Part shown: positions 10,277 to 22,482 of the stretch, in pieces | Numbering within the stretch: the stretch's first letter is position 1 | Layout of the letters: each line of letters begins with the position of its first letter | Source of the DNA: Eledone cirrhosa | Taxonomy: Eukaryota | Assembly (NCBI GenBank): GCA_964016885.1 | Contig: OZ024744.1 | Span: 60,450,001 to 60,514,000 of the forward strand | Direction of reading: 5' to 3' | Length of the DNA: 64,000 nucleotides | Notes under the pieces: generated by a model | What the model was told of the DNA's origin: nothing | What the model saw: the letters and a program-made list of their open reading frames with translations, nothing else | The model's database searches: none | Translations under genes and position numbers: made by a program

Positions 10277-13200
10277 TCACATGAAAACAGTTTGGCAGAG
10301 TTTTTTGGGCCAGTGGACTCTTCGACCGGAACGGGTCGTGGTCTTGTATGTAGGTGAAGGTGGGGCAGAAGGAGCAGGTGTATGCACAAGAGAGAAAGAT
10401 TGGGGTATTTGTGGCTCGGGTGTATGAGCGTCATTGTGTGCCCTTTTTAGTCTATCCACCGAAATTGTCTCTCTGGACCCCTTAATGTCTACAGTGAAAT
10501 GTTTGTCAGTACGTGATAACACACGGTAGGGTCCAGAGTACGGTTGTGTGAGGGGTGGAATAACCGCATCGTTTCTGACGAATACATGGGTCCACGAGGC
10601 AATATCCCTCGGGACTGCAGCTTTAATAGTTTGTTTCCTAGTATTCATGGGCGGTAAGTCCTGAAAATAGGAGTGCAAACAAGATACGTAGGAAACAGGG
10701 TCCTGGAAAGCAAGATCAACAGGGGCAAGCATTTGCCCAGGCAACGCTAGAGGAGCACCATACAGTAATTCGGCCGGAGAGAACCTAAGGTCCTCCTTTA
10801 TTGATGACCGAATTCCTAACAACACAATAGGAAGGTACTCGCTCCAACGTTGAGAGTCTGGATAGACGCGAAGAGCGGCCTTTAATTGGCGGTGGAATCG
10901 TTCCACCATTCCGTTTGAAGCAGGATGATAAGCTGTGGTCCGAATCCGTTGAGCGCCAATGATCTTTGTGAGCTCAGAGAAAAGATGAGACTCAAATTGT
11001 CTACCACGGTCTGTGGTGACTGTAGTTGATACCCCAAAGCGGGTAATCCACCCTGATACCAGGGCACGCGCTACAGTCTCAGCAGTAATATCTTTTAAAG
11101 GGATGGCTTCAGGCCATCACGAAAAACGATCGATACAGGTCAAGAGGTACGAATATCCACTACTGAATGGCTAAGGTCCAACGATATCAATGTGGATGTG
11201 TTGAAACCGAGCATCTGGAGTACTGAAAGTACCAAGTGGAATCCGGATGTCTGTGGATTTTAGATCTCTGACACTGTGTGCAGGAACGGCACCAGACAGT
11301 AATTTCTCGCCTCATATTGGGCCAGAAGAATCTAGCCGTTATAAGCTTTACTGTGGCAGAAATTCCTGGGTGAGAAATGCTGTGCAAAGCAAGGAACACA
11401 ATTCGACGGTGAGTTTCAGGAACAAATGGTCGTGGTGAATCCGTAAATACATCACATAGAATCTGCCTGTCGGTGGTCGACAAGGGCAGATATTTGAAGA
11501 TACAAGTCGCAAATTCGGCAGAAAGAGTATCCAATAATTGTGGTGCAAGTTGGTCTGCAGCTGAACGACCTAAGTCAATCTCCTGGGATGACGAGATGGA
11601 GCTGATTGGCAAACGTGACAATGCGTCTGCAGCTATGTTATGCGAGCCAGCAATGTGCTGGATATCATTTGTAAATTGCGAAACGTAATCCAGGTGCCTT
11701 GTCTCTCTGGACGAATATCTGTCGGCTTTAGCCCTCAAAGCGAAGGTCAGAGGTTTGTGGTCGGTTAAAACAGTAAAATTTTTCCCCTCAAGAATATGAG
11801 AGAAATGTTTCACCGACAGATATATGGCTAATAATTCCCGCCCAAACGTGCGTTTCTGCTGGTTTCAGCTTCCTTGAAAAAAATGCCAAAGGTTGTTGGT
11901 TTCCAGCATTGTACAGCGGTATCAGATGCATCAACGCAAAGCGAAAGCTTGGCCTCTGGTACCGGGTGAACTAGCAAAGATGAACTAGTGAGTGCTGTCT
12001 TGGCAGTCTGGAAGTCCTGAAGCTGTCCTTGTGTCAAGGAAATATCCTCATTCTTCTTACGACGATTTTTCAATATGTCAGTAAGGGAAGATAGCAAATT
12101 AGCACAATGAGGAATGAAACACCTATAGAAATTGATTAGGCCTAAGAAGTGACGCAACTGGTGAAGTGTAGTAGGCGGAGGTAAATCATGTATGGCTTGA
12201 ACTCGCTGAGGGAGCGGCCTAATACCTTCGGCGTCGATGAGCTAGCCTAAAAAATTTAGCGAAGTGGAACCAAAAACACACTTTGCGGGATTCACACGAA
12301 CGCGGTAATCCTGAAGTCGCCGAAATAAGAGATGCATGTGGCGCATATGCTCTTCCCGAGAGTAACTAGCGACGAGAAGATCGTCTATGTAAGCATAAAC
12401 GAAGTCCAGACCACGAGTGACTTCGTCTATGAACCGCTGAAAAGTGCTAGCGGCATTCCTGAGTCCGAAAGGCATGGTCAAAAATTCGAAGGATCCGAAA
12501 GGAGTTGTAATCGCCGTTTTCGGAATATCCTCCTTCCTGACCGGAATTTGGTGGTAGGCTCGCACTAAATCTAGTTTTGAGAAAATCTTACAACCCTGCA
12601 ATGAAGATGCGAAATCCTGGAGATGGGGTATGGGATGCCTATCAGGGACAGTCATAGAATTTAACCTCCTATAATCCCCAGTGGGTTTCCAGTCGCCGGA
12701 AGTCTTGGGCACCATGTGTAACGGTGAAGCCCAAGGACTCGTAGATGGGCGAATAATGCCCAGCTGCAGCACATGGTCGAACTCGGACCGTGCTGCCTTT
12801 AATTTGTCCGCCGGTAAGCGGCGTGGACGCGAAAACACTGGAGCACCGGTGGTGGAAATGAAATGTTCAGTTGAGTGTGTTGGCTCAGTGACTCGAAAAT
12901 TTCAGTGAGCTCCGGGAAAGAACCTAATAACGAATGGTAGGCGTCTCCAGTAGCACCCATGAAGAATATGGGCTGACTGTTGGAGCATTGGCTTTCCGGC
13001 CACGAATTGAAAAACTGGTGATGTCATCCACCAGACGTTGGCCACGGACGTCCACAGTCAAAGAGAAGTTGTGGAGGAAATCCGCTCCTAAGATAGGGTA
13101 TGGCAAATCGGCAACCGTAAAAATCTACTTAAAATCCCTACGAAGATTTAGGAATTTGAGAGAAAGCGAGATTTGTCCGTACGTCTTTATAGACGAGTTA

Positions 13201-13370
13201 TTAACGGCCTGCAGAGTAACGGATGACTCCACGGGGGTATCTTTCAGGCAATGGACTGGCCAAATACTACAGGAGGCTCCTGTATCCACGAGGAAACCTC
13301 TTCCCGACATAAGGTCCTTAATGAAGAAATGGCGGTTTGGTGGCTTTATGTTGAGGTCAACTGCCCCCAT
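10277..13370 (-). pseudogene. pol: Gypsy pol pseudogene (protease, RT, RNase H, integrase)
   Basis: FLVDTGAS; YRRLN, YHQIP, MPFGL, YIDD; DAS, TDHKPL, ADALS; HSISHPG..CTQC; ERFHRQLK; GPYRV; many frameshifts. Confidence 0.93.
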
Positions 13371-13620
13371 CAGCGAACCTCTCTGGCGTTTCCCGCCTTA
13401 TGAAACGAGCAAGGTTGTACGCAGGGGATCGCGTTCTCGGCAAATCGCTCATGGTACCTGCATAAAGATGAAGCTGGTGATTTGGGGCGGCGTCTAAAAG
13501 ATTGAAAACTCCCGCGGCTGCGCGGGCGCGAACGGACACCACACCAGACCTTCATCTTCTGGAGCTCCAGGGTGAGTTCCTGAATGGACTTCTGCATCGC
13601 CATAATGGCTGAGTGAAATG
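13370..13620 (-). pseudogene. gag: gag C-terminal remnant with CHCC knuckle; most of gag deleted
   Basis: Cx2Hx9Cx3C followed by AGNA with G_GGA_AAC at 13388-13394. Confidence 0.8.
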
Positions 13621-14139
13621 CCATTGTTATACCGTAGGTAATCTGCAAAAAATCGTCTCCGTTTGGAAAAATGTCTCCAACACAAGGGAAAAGGAAAACA
13701 AAATCGCTTATTTTTCTCTGTCAAACAACTGGACAGGAAAAAGAATGCATCCGTGACAACATGACTAACCGAGCGATGTCATTAACAAGGTATAGGTAGG
13801 GAATTTAAAATTAAAACCAATATGGTGGACTATTTCGCGCCAAAAACACTATTGATGGAGAAGAAAGCCGTCATCTTGTTATCCTCAAAAAGTTTAGCTA
13901 GAGAAAAGAAGAAAAAAAGAAAAAACATTCATACAATTGCTGTTTGTTTGTGTGTAAATACTTTGGATGTTCGTTTTGCACATATGAAGAGTTTGATGTT
14001 AAGTGTTACAGAGAAATATGTTTAGATCGGTCAATACAGCCATATCAGAATCAAGTGTGTTGTTCTGCATTAAATGTTTTTTTCTTTCTCTTTTTTTTTA
14101 TATATACATGGTACCGTTTCCCATTTTTTTTTTTTTTAA

Positions 14140-14153
14140 ACGTCAGGTCACCA
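14140..14153 (-). promoter_or_regulatory. Primer binding site (tRNA-Trp-like)
   Basis: TGGTGACCTGACGT immediately inside the 5' LTR, similar to the complement of the tRNA-Trp 3' end. Confidence 0.8.
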
Positions 14154-14154
14154 A

Positions 14155-14643
14155 TTTAGAATGTTAGTATCAGTGTATATATATTATAAGGAATGACAAT
14201 AAATGCAGGTGAGTGTTGTGACATGGTTTTACTTCACAGAAGTCAAATAAATTAATAGAAATAATTTTTACCACATGTTGATGGTCAGTTGGTCACAACT
14301 CCCAGACCGGAGTGTGTAGAGAGGAACAGAAATCTTCTCTTGGTAAAGTTCAAGTGTTTCTTTAGGCTGCCGGCGCAGGAAGTGAGACAGGAGTCATCTC
14401 TTGACAAGGTCTGAAGTGTTCTTCTTGTTGCGGTGTAGGAAGTGAGAGTGATGCCTTGATTGTCCTCAAACATATAGTCCCCAGGGGGACGCAACTCCAT
14501 TTAGTACATGGATCTGCTACTGGGAGTCGCGACCGTCACAAAGGGACGCAACTCCTATACGTATCTGCCACTGGGAGTCGCGACCGTCGCAAAGGGACAC
14601 AACTCCTATACGTACTGAGTTACAGCCGTAAGGGGCCGCTACA
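14155..14643 (-). repeat. 5' LTR (~490 bp) with internal ~51-bp tandem duplication
   Basis: TGTAG start at 14643, abuts PBS; ATCTGCYACTGGGAGTCGCGACCGTC..ACTCCTATACGT present twice. Confidence 0.88.
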
Positions 14644-15354
14644 AGTTTATGACATCATCTTCTAATGCACATTTCAAAGATATCAAAGTCATTGTGTAAC
14701 AATTATTTGATGTATTGTCATCAGGCAGGCATTTAAATGTAATAGTATTTTGTTTTGGTATTTTACATGCTCACCATATTATGGAACTCAATGTTGGCTG
14801 TCTGGCTACAAGACATATTACTAAGCCATAATAAAGAATTATTCAACTCTACTTTGGTATTGAGTACTCATTCTCGCATTCGTCAACATCACAGGTGTGT
14901 GTGCATGTATATATATATATTATTGACTCTTCACTCTTCTCTTGTTGTATAGAGGATCAGTTTCCCTCAGTTATGCACCCATGGGTGACCTATCAGTCCA
15001 GTACATGCACTAAAGAGCTAGGGGCAGTTTGGGCATTAATATGTAGCAGAGGATGGGGCATCTCTCCTAACCAACTCAAAGTATACTGTACCCATTTTCA
15101 CTTTCTTTCTCCAAAGCTCCTGCACATCAGATTCCCAGTTGTTATGGTCCAAAGCACAACTTTTAACTGTTCGCTTAATTTGGTCTTTTTAGCACCCCTT
15201 TAGTCCACAAACATAGCATTTTCCTTCAATCAGTTCACTGTAGAAACCTGTCTTGAGTAGCCTGCATTTATTCATGCGGGTGACATGTTCCACATATTGC
15301 AAAGTCAGGATTAACAATGACTATAGCAAGGAATTTAGCATATAAGTTGGTACA

Positions 15355-16364
15355 CTATGGGTACACAAGAGATGTAGTGGGATCTCAGGAAGTTCAGTTA
15401 AGAATGTAGGCTTTACATGTAGCCCCTGCACCTGGACAGTTAGCAGCAGACAGTTGTAAATACAAAAGAATTCCCTGACTGCAGGAAACAAGCACTACCT
15501 CATTCTGGGAGGGCTCTGTAGAAACAGTAGCCAGCTTCTGCTACTTAGGTGACCAAATTAGTAGCAGTGGTGGGTGTGCTGAAAGTACAATAACCAGGGT
15601 AAGAACGGGATGGTAGAAGTTCAGGGGGCTACTACCACTGCTGGCTACAAAAGGCTTTTCCCTCAGAATGAAAGGAAGTCTGTATGATAAATGTATATGA
15701 ACAGCTATGTTGCATGGTAATGAGACGTGGGTGCCGTGTGCAGAAGACTTGCGTAGATTGGAAAGAAATTAAGCTTGCATGTTCCGATGGATGTGTAATA
15801 GTAATATATGAGAACGGCGAAGCATAAACAAACTGAGAGAGAGACTAGGCATAAGAGGTATCAAATGGTGTGTGCAGGAGAGGAGGTTATGTTGGTATGG
15901 ACATGTGATGTGTATGAAGAATGACAACTGCATAAAAAAGTGCAGAGCAGTCAAAGTTGATGGAAGTCTTGGAATGGGGAGACCCAGGAAGACTTGGGAT
16001 GAGGTGATAAAAGCCGACCTTGCCAAATTGCGCCACTCAAAGGTGATGACACATGGCTGAGATGTCTGGTGATACATAGTAATACAGAAGACCTGACTTC
16101 CCATGAGCATAAGCCGAAGCATGCCCCAACCCAACATATACAGTATGCACAACCCAGCTTCCATACACCCCCATGAGGACAGGCCAAAGTAAATGCATCC
16201 AGTGAAGCCCCCAGCCCACACTGTAAAGTGGTTGTGATGGTGACATGGCGAAACGTGCCCAGCCCACACTGTAAAATAATCATGTAGGTATCACGACAAA
16301 AAGCACCCAGCCCACAGTGTTGGCCTAACCGCTGATATGCATTCGGCGCTGGGTACCTCAGGTA

Positions 16365-16414
<50 letters not shown>

Positions 16415-16604
16415 CACCAAGACCACACTGTAAAGTGTTCATGTAGGTGACACAACAAAAAGCACCTGGCACACACTGGAAATTTGGTTGGCATTAGCAA
16501 GGGCATCCAGCCGTAGAAACCAAGCAAGAAAAGTTCTTGCCATCTAACCCATACTGGCATGGAAAACAGATGATACACAATGATGATGATGATGATGATG
16601 ATGA
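15355..16604 (+). mobile_element. RTE LINE 3' fragment
   Basis: WYGHVM..GRPRKTW; 3' UTR repeats; (GAT)n tail. Confidence 0.9.
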
Positions 16605-16674
16605 TATATATATATATATAAATGAAAAGTATAGAAATTATTGTGGCAAGAAGCCAACAGTATTCCATATATCA

Positions 16675-19600
16675 GTGCTATAAATTCTTCTGAGTGAGAA
16701 ATGACAACGGGTTGGGTGGTGTAGGTATACTATTAGCTGACAAATGGGTAGATTAGGTAATCTCAGTGAACAGGGTGAATGCAAGGATTATTAAACTCAG
16801 ACTAGTCCTAAATAAAACAATAGCTACAATTATATCCGCTTACGCACCCCAATCTGGGTTGCCAGACGAACTTAAGGGTAGGTTTTGCGAGTCCCTAATG
16901 CACACTAGCACTCTGTTGAATGACAATGACTTCCTACTCATTGTAGGACACATTGGAAAACACAGTGATGGCTTCTATCGAGTCCATGGGGGCTACGGGT
17001 TTGGCACAAGAAATGAAGAAGGCTTCCGGCTTCTAGAATTCTGTGACACCAATGACTTGTTGATATGTAACACAAACTTCAAAAAAACCTGACAACCATC
17101 TGATCACTTATGGATCAGGGGGGCATTCTAATCAGATAGATTTTATCCTTATCAGAGGACAAGATAGATGGGCGGTTGTAAACAGAAAAGAATTCCCTGG
17201 TGAGGAATGTACCTCCCAACATAACTTAGTTGTCAGCGACCTCATTGTCAGAACTAGATGAACTTGGAAACAGAAGGCAACCTGGAGAAGAAAGATCTGG
17301 AAGCTGAAAGACCCCTAAGCCAGTAACAGATTTAAAGGTATCTTACTTGACGCCTATGACAGTAAAGAAAAACAGATAGAGACATTCAAAGTAGAAGAGC
17401 ACTGGGAGTTCTTAAAAAATAACTTACTAAAGGCGACAGACGAGATCTGTGGTTGGAGCAAGACCACAGGGAGGAGGAGAGTGACTTGGTGGTGGAACAA
17501 TAAGGTAGATGAGGCAATTAAGACTAAGATACAGGCATGGAAAGAATGGAAGAATGGAGGAGCAGGGTACATTACATAGAGACCAGGAGGGAAGCTAGAC
17601 GACAAGTATACTTAGCTAGAAGGGAAACAGAGGATAGAAAATTCAAGCATGTTTTGCAGTGTGAGGACCAGTGTCAGGATTGCGAGGCAGTGTGTTAGAG
17701 AAAATTGTGATGTCATTGGAGAGAAGTGTATCCAGAATGATAAAGGTGAGCTTGCCCTCACAAGTGCTGAGAAGAAAGCTACATGGAAGCGCCATTATGA
17801 AAGATTACTAAATAAGGAGAATGGATGGGAGAAAGAGACCCTACCCCAAGTGGAACATATAGAGGGACCAGCAATACAAGTTAGCAGCAGCGTAATAAGT
17901 AAGGCAATTAAAGATATGAAGACTGGGAAGGCAACCACCTCATCGGGTATAGCTGCCGAGATGCTGAAAGCATCTGGTTCGGTAGTTCACACTATTTATT
18001 GTTAACCAGGTAAAACAAGAAGGCATCATACCAAAGAATTGGCGCAGCAGCATCATTGTCAACTGCTACAAGGGTAAAGGAGATGCACTAGATAAAGGTA
18101 ACTATAGAGGTATAAAGCTGATAGAGCAGGTCATGAAAGTAACAGAGTTATAGAACAGCTGATTAAGGACCGGGTAAAACTAGATGAGATGCAGTTAGGG
18201 TTTGTACCAGGCAAAAGCCCCACTGATTCTCTCTTCCTTGTGAGGCAGTCACAGGAAAAGTACCTAGTTAAAAGTAAGCCGCTCTACCTGGCATTCGTCA
18301 ATCCGGAAAAAGCCTTCGACAGAGTGCCCCCTGCTATAATCTGGTGGGCTCTTAGAAAACTAGGAGTAGATGAATGGCTTGTGAAAGCGATACAAACCAT
18401 GTATAAGGGAGCAGTCAGCAAAGTTAGGGCTAAAAATGGCTATAGCAAGGAATTTAGCATACAGGTCGGTGTCCACCAGGGCTCTGTTCTTAGCCATCTC
18501 CTGTTTAAGACCGGATGCCCATGGTAACTTCTGTACGTGGATGATCTCATACTTATAGCTGAATCTATGGTGGAACTAAAGAAGAAATTCCAAACATGGA
18601 AGCAGGGAGTAGAAAGAAGGGATCGCAACTAAGGTCCTCATATGAGAAAACAGAACAGGGAAATGGGCTTGCTCAGTATATAGGAAAGATGTAGGTAGGA
18701 ATTCCATCCTCTGCCCCAAATGCAAACTAGGGGTACACAAGAGATATGGTGAGATCTCAGGAAGTTTAGTAAAGAATGTAGGCTTTACATGTAGCAGCTG
18801 CACAGGAACAGTAAGCAACAAACAGCCACAGGAAACAAGCACTACCAAACTCTGGGAGAGCTCTTTAAAAACAGTAGAAAGCTTCTGCTACTTAGGTGAC
18901 TGAATTAGCAACCGAGGTAGGTATGCTGAAAGTACAGTAGCCAGGGTAAGAACGGGATGGAAGAAGTTCAGAGAGCTACTGCCACTGCTAGTTGCAAAAG
19001 GATTTTCCCTCAAAATGAAAGGCAGACTGACTGTATGATGCATACAAACAGCAATGTTACATGGTAGTGAGAACTGGGCGTTGTGTGCAGAAGACTTGCA
19101 TAAATTAGAAAGAAACGAAGCTTGCATGCTCCAATGGATGTGTAATAATAATTGTTTCTACTTTTGGCACAAGGCCAGCAATTACCCAGTGCATTACTGG
19201 TACTTTATTTTATCGACCCCGTAAGGATGTGTAATAATAATATATGCGAAAAGCAAAACATAAATGAATTGAGAGAGAGACTGAGCATCAGAGGAATCAA
19301 ATGCTGTGTGCAGGAGAGGAGGTTGCATTGGTATGGACATGTGATGCGTATGAAAGATGACAGCTGCATAAAAAGGTGCAGAGCACTAAAAGTCGATGGA
19401 ATCGTTGGAGTGGGGAGACCCAGGAAGACTTGGGATGAGGTGATAAAAGCCGACCTTACCCAATTACACTTCTCCAACTGTGACCTCTGGTGTTACGCAG
19501 TAATACAGAAGACCCGACCCCCCCCCCCCCCCACGGGTACAAGCCGGAGCTGAAGCATATAGACAATATGCCCCCATCCCCTCCCACTGCATTGTGGTCG

Positions 19601-19857
19601 TGGAGGTGCCACGGAAAAATAGCACCCAGCCCACACTGTAAAGTGGACGTGTAGGCGCCACGAAAAAGCACCTAGCACTCACTGTAAATGAGGTTGGTGT
19701 TAGGAAGGGCATCCAGCTGTAGAAATCAAGCCAGAATCAGTTCCCGTATGAGCAAGGCATGGTCAGCCGACCTGTCATTGCCTACAACAGGACTGCTCTT
19801 CTAACGCATGCTAGCGTGGAAGAATGGACGTAAAACGGTGACGATGATGATGATGAT
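16675..19857 (+). mobile_element. RTE LINE, 5'-truncated and decayed, with nested SINE
   Basis: Close paralog of 2036-4951; APE and RT fragments; (GAT)n tail. Confidence 0.95.
19153..19224 (-). mobile_element. Short SINE 3' fragment nested in RTE
   Basis: TSD GGATGTGTAATAATAAT at 19136-19152 and 19225-19241. Confidence 0.9.
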
Positions 19858-19969
19858 ATATATATATATATAATAGTAGAACACTGGTAGGTTATATCTG
19901 TAGTAGTAGAGCACTCAGTCTATGGGACGAGTTTGGTAGAAGTAGTTCTCGGTATGGTGAACTAACTGT

Positions 19970-19971
<2 letters not shown>

Positions 19972-20050
<79 letters not shown>

Positions 20051-20140
20051 TGTATATATATACTGTATATATATACTGTATATATATACTGTATATATAT
20101 ACTGTATATATATACTGTATATATATACTGTATATATATA
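19972..20140. repeat. (TA)n plus (ATATATATACTGT)-type compound microsatellite
   Basis: Direct reading. Confidence 0.95.
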
Positions 20141-21218
20141 CAAAGTGTTAAAACGATCAAATCTTAGTTTAATACATTTATTTGCTGACAATTGTTTCTT
20201 CCAGAGGGATGTCTGGATTCACCGGAGCATAGGGACTGTCTAAACAGGTGATTATAATCCTAGTCATTCAGAACATTCAGGTAGATACATAGGTGTTGTT
20301 AGTGTCCTAGACATCATGTAGAGAATCAGTGTCCTTGACATCATGTAGAGAATCAGCTCTGTATCTCGGCTCTGGAAATAATTTGAATTGACCCTTTTGT
20401 CATACTGGTAACCGGCTAGTACTTAGTACTACCCTCTGTATTTATAATTGTATATTAAACATATATAAGTATAAATATTGTTATTACTACTATTTATATA
20501 TATATTTCCATTTGCCCTTTTTAGCATAACTTTCTGCATTTACTGCGGTTATGAGAAGCGGCTCTTATTCGGGTACAACTTCTGATTTAGCCTAAGAAAA
20601 TATCTATATGAGTGTGTAAATTATACAAGCATATATTTATTTTTTTATTTTCAATTGAGTTCTTAAACACGTTGGATTGATAATGCTTTCAAAAAAACTA
20701 ATTAACCCGCGTGTATATTATTATTTTTTTCCTCATTTCGTGGGTCGTGAGTTGTCTCCCCTTCCCGCTTCGTGTCGCTATGATACTTCCTCAGTCAAAA
20801 ACTGCTGGAATTTCAAATTTGGTGGTCATTCGAGGTGAGAGAGAGCAACGTTACGGACATGATTTTTGACAGCGGTAAGAAATTGTTTTCTTATATCAAT
20901 GTTTAATGGGCTTCCACTGATGATTTATAAGTGCCCACCTAAATATATTCTTACATGAATATATATTAGGCTTCTACATAAACTGGAAACATTCTCCCAA
21001 CTTGTAGAAAACTTATAATGAAACAATTGTTTGGAAAGAGAGATATACTTTAACTTTAATTATATCTCATAAAATAATACAACTGGTTTTTCCACATTAT
21101 ACATATTGTTAGCACCCCAAACACTTAGATTGGGTTTATATTTTAATATAACCTAATGTTTGTTGAGTGAGATAGTTACCAGTCAGAGTTTAGCTTTAAA
21201 CTATCTCTGTTATTGTAT

Positions 21219-21291
<73 letters not shown>

Positions 21292-21293
<2 letters not shown>

Positions 21294-22482
21294 TTTCTGT
21301 TAACTGGGTGACAGAATCAGTGGTGGAGGGTGCTCTGAAAGTACAGTAGCCAGAGTCAGAACGGATGGAATAAGTTCAGAGCTTATACTGCTTTTGTCCA
21401 CAAAAGGTTTCTCTCTAAAAATGAAAGGCAGATTGTATGATGCCTGTATACAAACAGCAATGCTACATGGCAGTGAGACATGGGCATTACGTGCAGAGGA
21501 CCTGCACAGACTGGAGAGGAATGAAGCATGCATGCTCCGTTGGGATGTGTAATAGTAATATACGTGAACGGCAAAGCATAAATGAACTAAGTGAGAAATT
21601 AGGAATAAGATGGATCAGATGCTGTTTACTTGAGAGAAGACTACGTTGGTATGGTGACGTGATGCGCATGAAAGATGACAGCTGTATAAAAAAGTGTAGG
21701 ACGATCAAAATAGACGGAAGCTACGGAGTAGGTAGACCCAGAAAAACCTGGGGCGACCTGATAAATTCTGATCTTGCATACACTTGCACCTCTCTAAGAC
21801 AATGTCACTGGACCGAGATCTTTGGCGCTACGCAGTAATACAGAAGACCTGCCTTGCCTATGTACATAGCGAAACCTACAGTCAGTAGGCACCTCTTAAC
21901 CAAATATACACCCATCCCACTACCCCTACTCACCCTCCCACTCCCACCAACTCCACCCCTTTATCTGTAAAGTTATGTTGGTACCACAACATCCAGTCCA
22001 AAATAAATGAGGTCGTGTAGGTGTCATGACAAAAAAACACACAGTCCACGCTGTAATGTGGCTGTGTAGGTAACACGGTAAAAACCTCCCAGTCCAAACT
22101 GTAAATGCGGTTGGTGTTAGGAAGCGCATCCAGCCGTAAAAAACCCGCCAGATAGTCCTATATGAGCGAGACACGGTCACCTGACCAATCTTGCCTCAAG
22201 TGGGACAATTCCCGTCTAAACCCATGCTAGCGTTGAAGATTGACGTTAACCCTTTAATGTTCAAACCAGCCAAAACCGGCCAGAATTCTCTACCTCTTTC
22301 TGTTGAAACTGGCTGTAACTGGTGTTAAGGTATTGTTCTCAAAATAAATACTTTTAAAATCTCAAAGATTCGATAACATGTGAGATAATTATGCGAGGTA
22401 AAGCCTTTACCATGAAAATATAATAGTATATATAGAGTAATATGAATGCTAAAGGGTTAAACGATGATGATGATGATGATGA
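21292..22482 (+). mobile_element. RTE LINE 3' fragment with MITE inserted in its terminus
   Basis: RRLRWYGDVMRM..GRPRKTW; tail GACGTTAA|MITE|ACGATGATGATG. Confidence 0.92.
22250..22456. mobile_element. piggyBac-type MITE
   Basis: TTAA|CCCTTTAATGTTCA ... TGAATGCTAAAGGG|TTAA; second copy at 47975-48184. Confidence 0.9.

Larger units (their letters stand above)
9852..14643 (-). mobile_element. Gypsy LTR retrotransposon, CsRn1-like lineage, decayed
   Basis: PR-RT-RH-IN order; CHCC gag motif CRYHERFAENAIPCVQPC; tRNA-Trp-type PBS; PPT; two LTRs starting TGTAGCGG. Confidence 0.93.

Noticed and set aside
20190-20292. Very decayed long-stem-II hammerhead (similar case at 47050-47118, minus)
   Set aside because: Stems are present, but one or both core halves are too mutated to support a call
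20930-21000. CTGATGA...GAAA hammerhead candidate
   Set aside because: No stem I partner or valid NUH after GAAA
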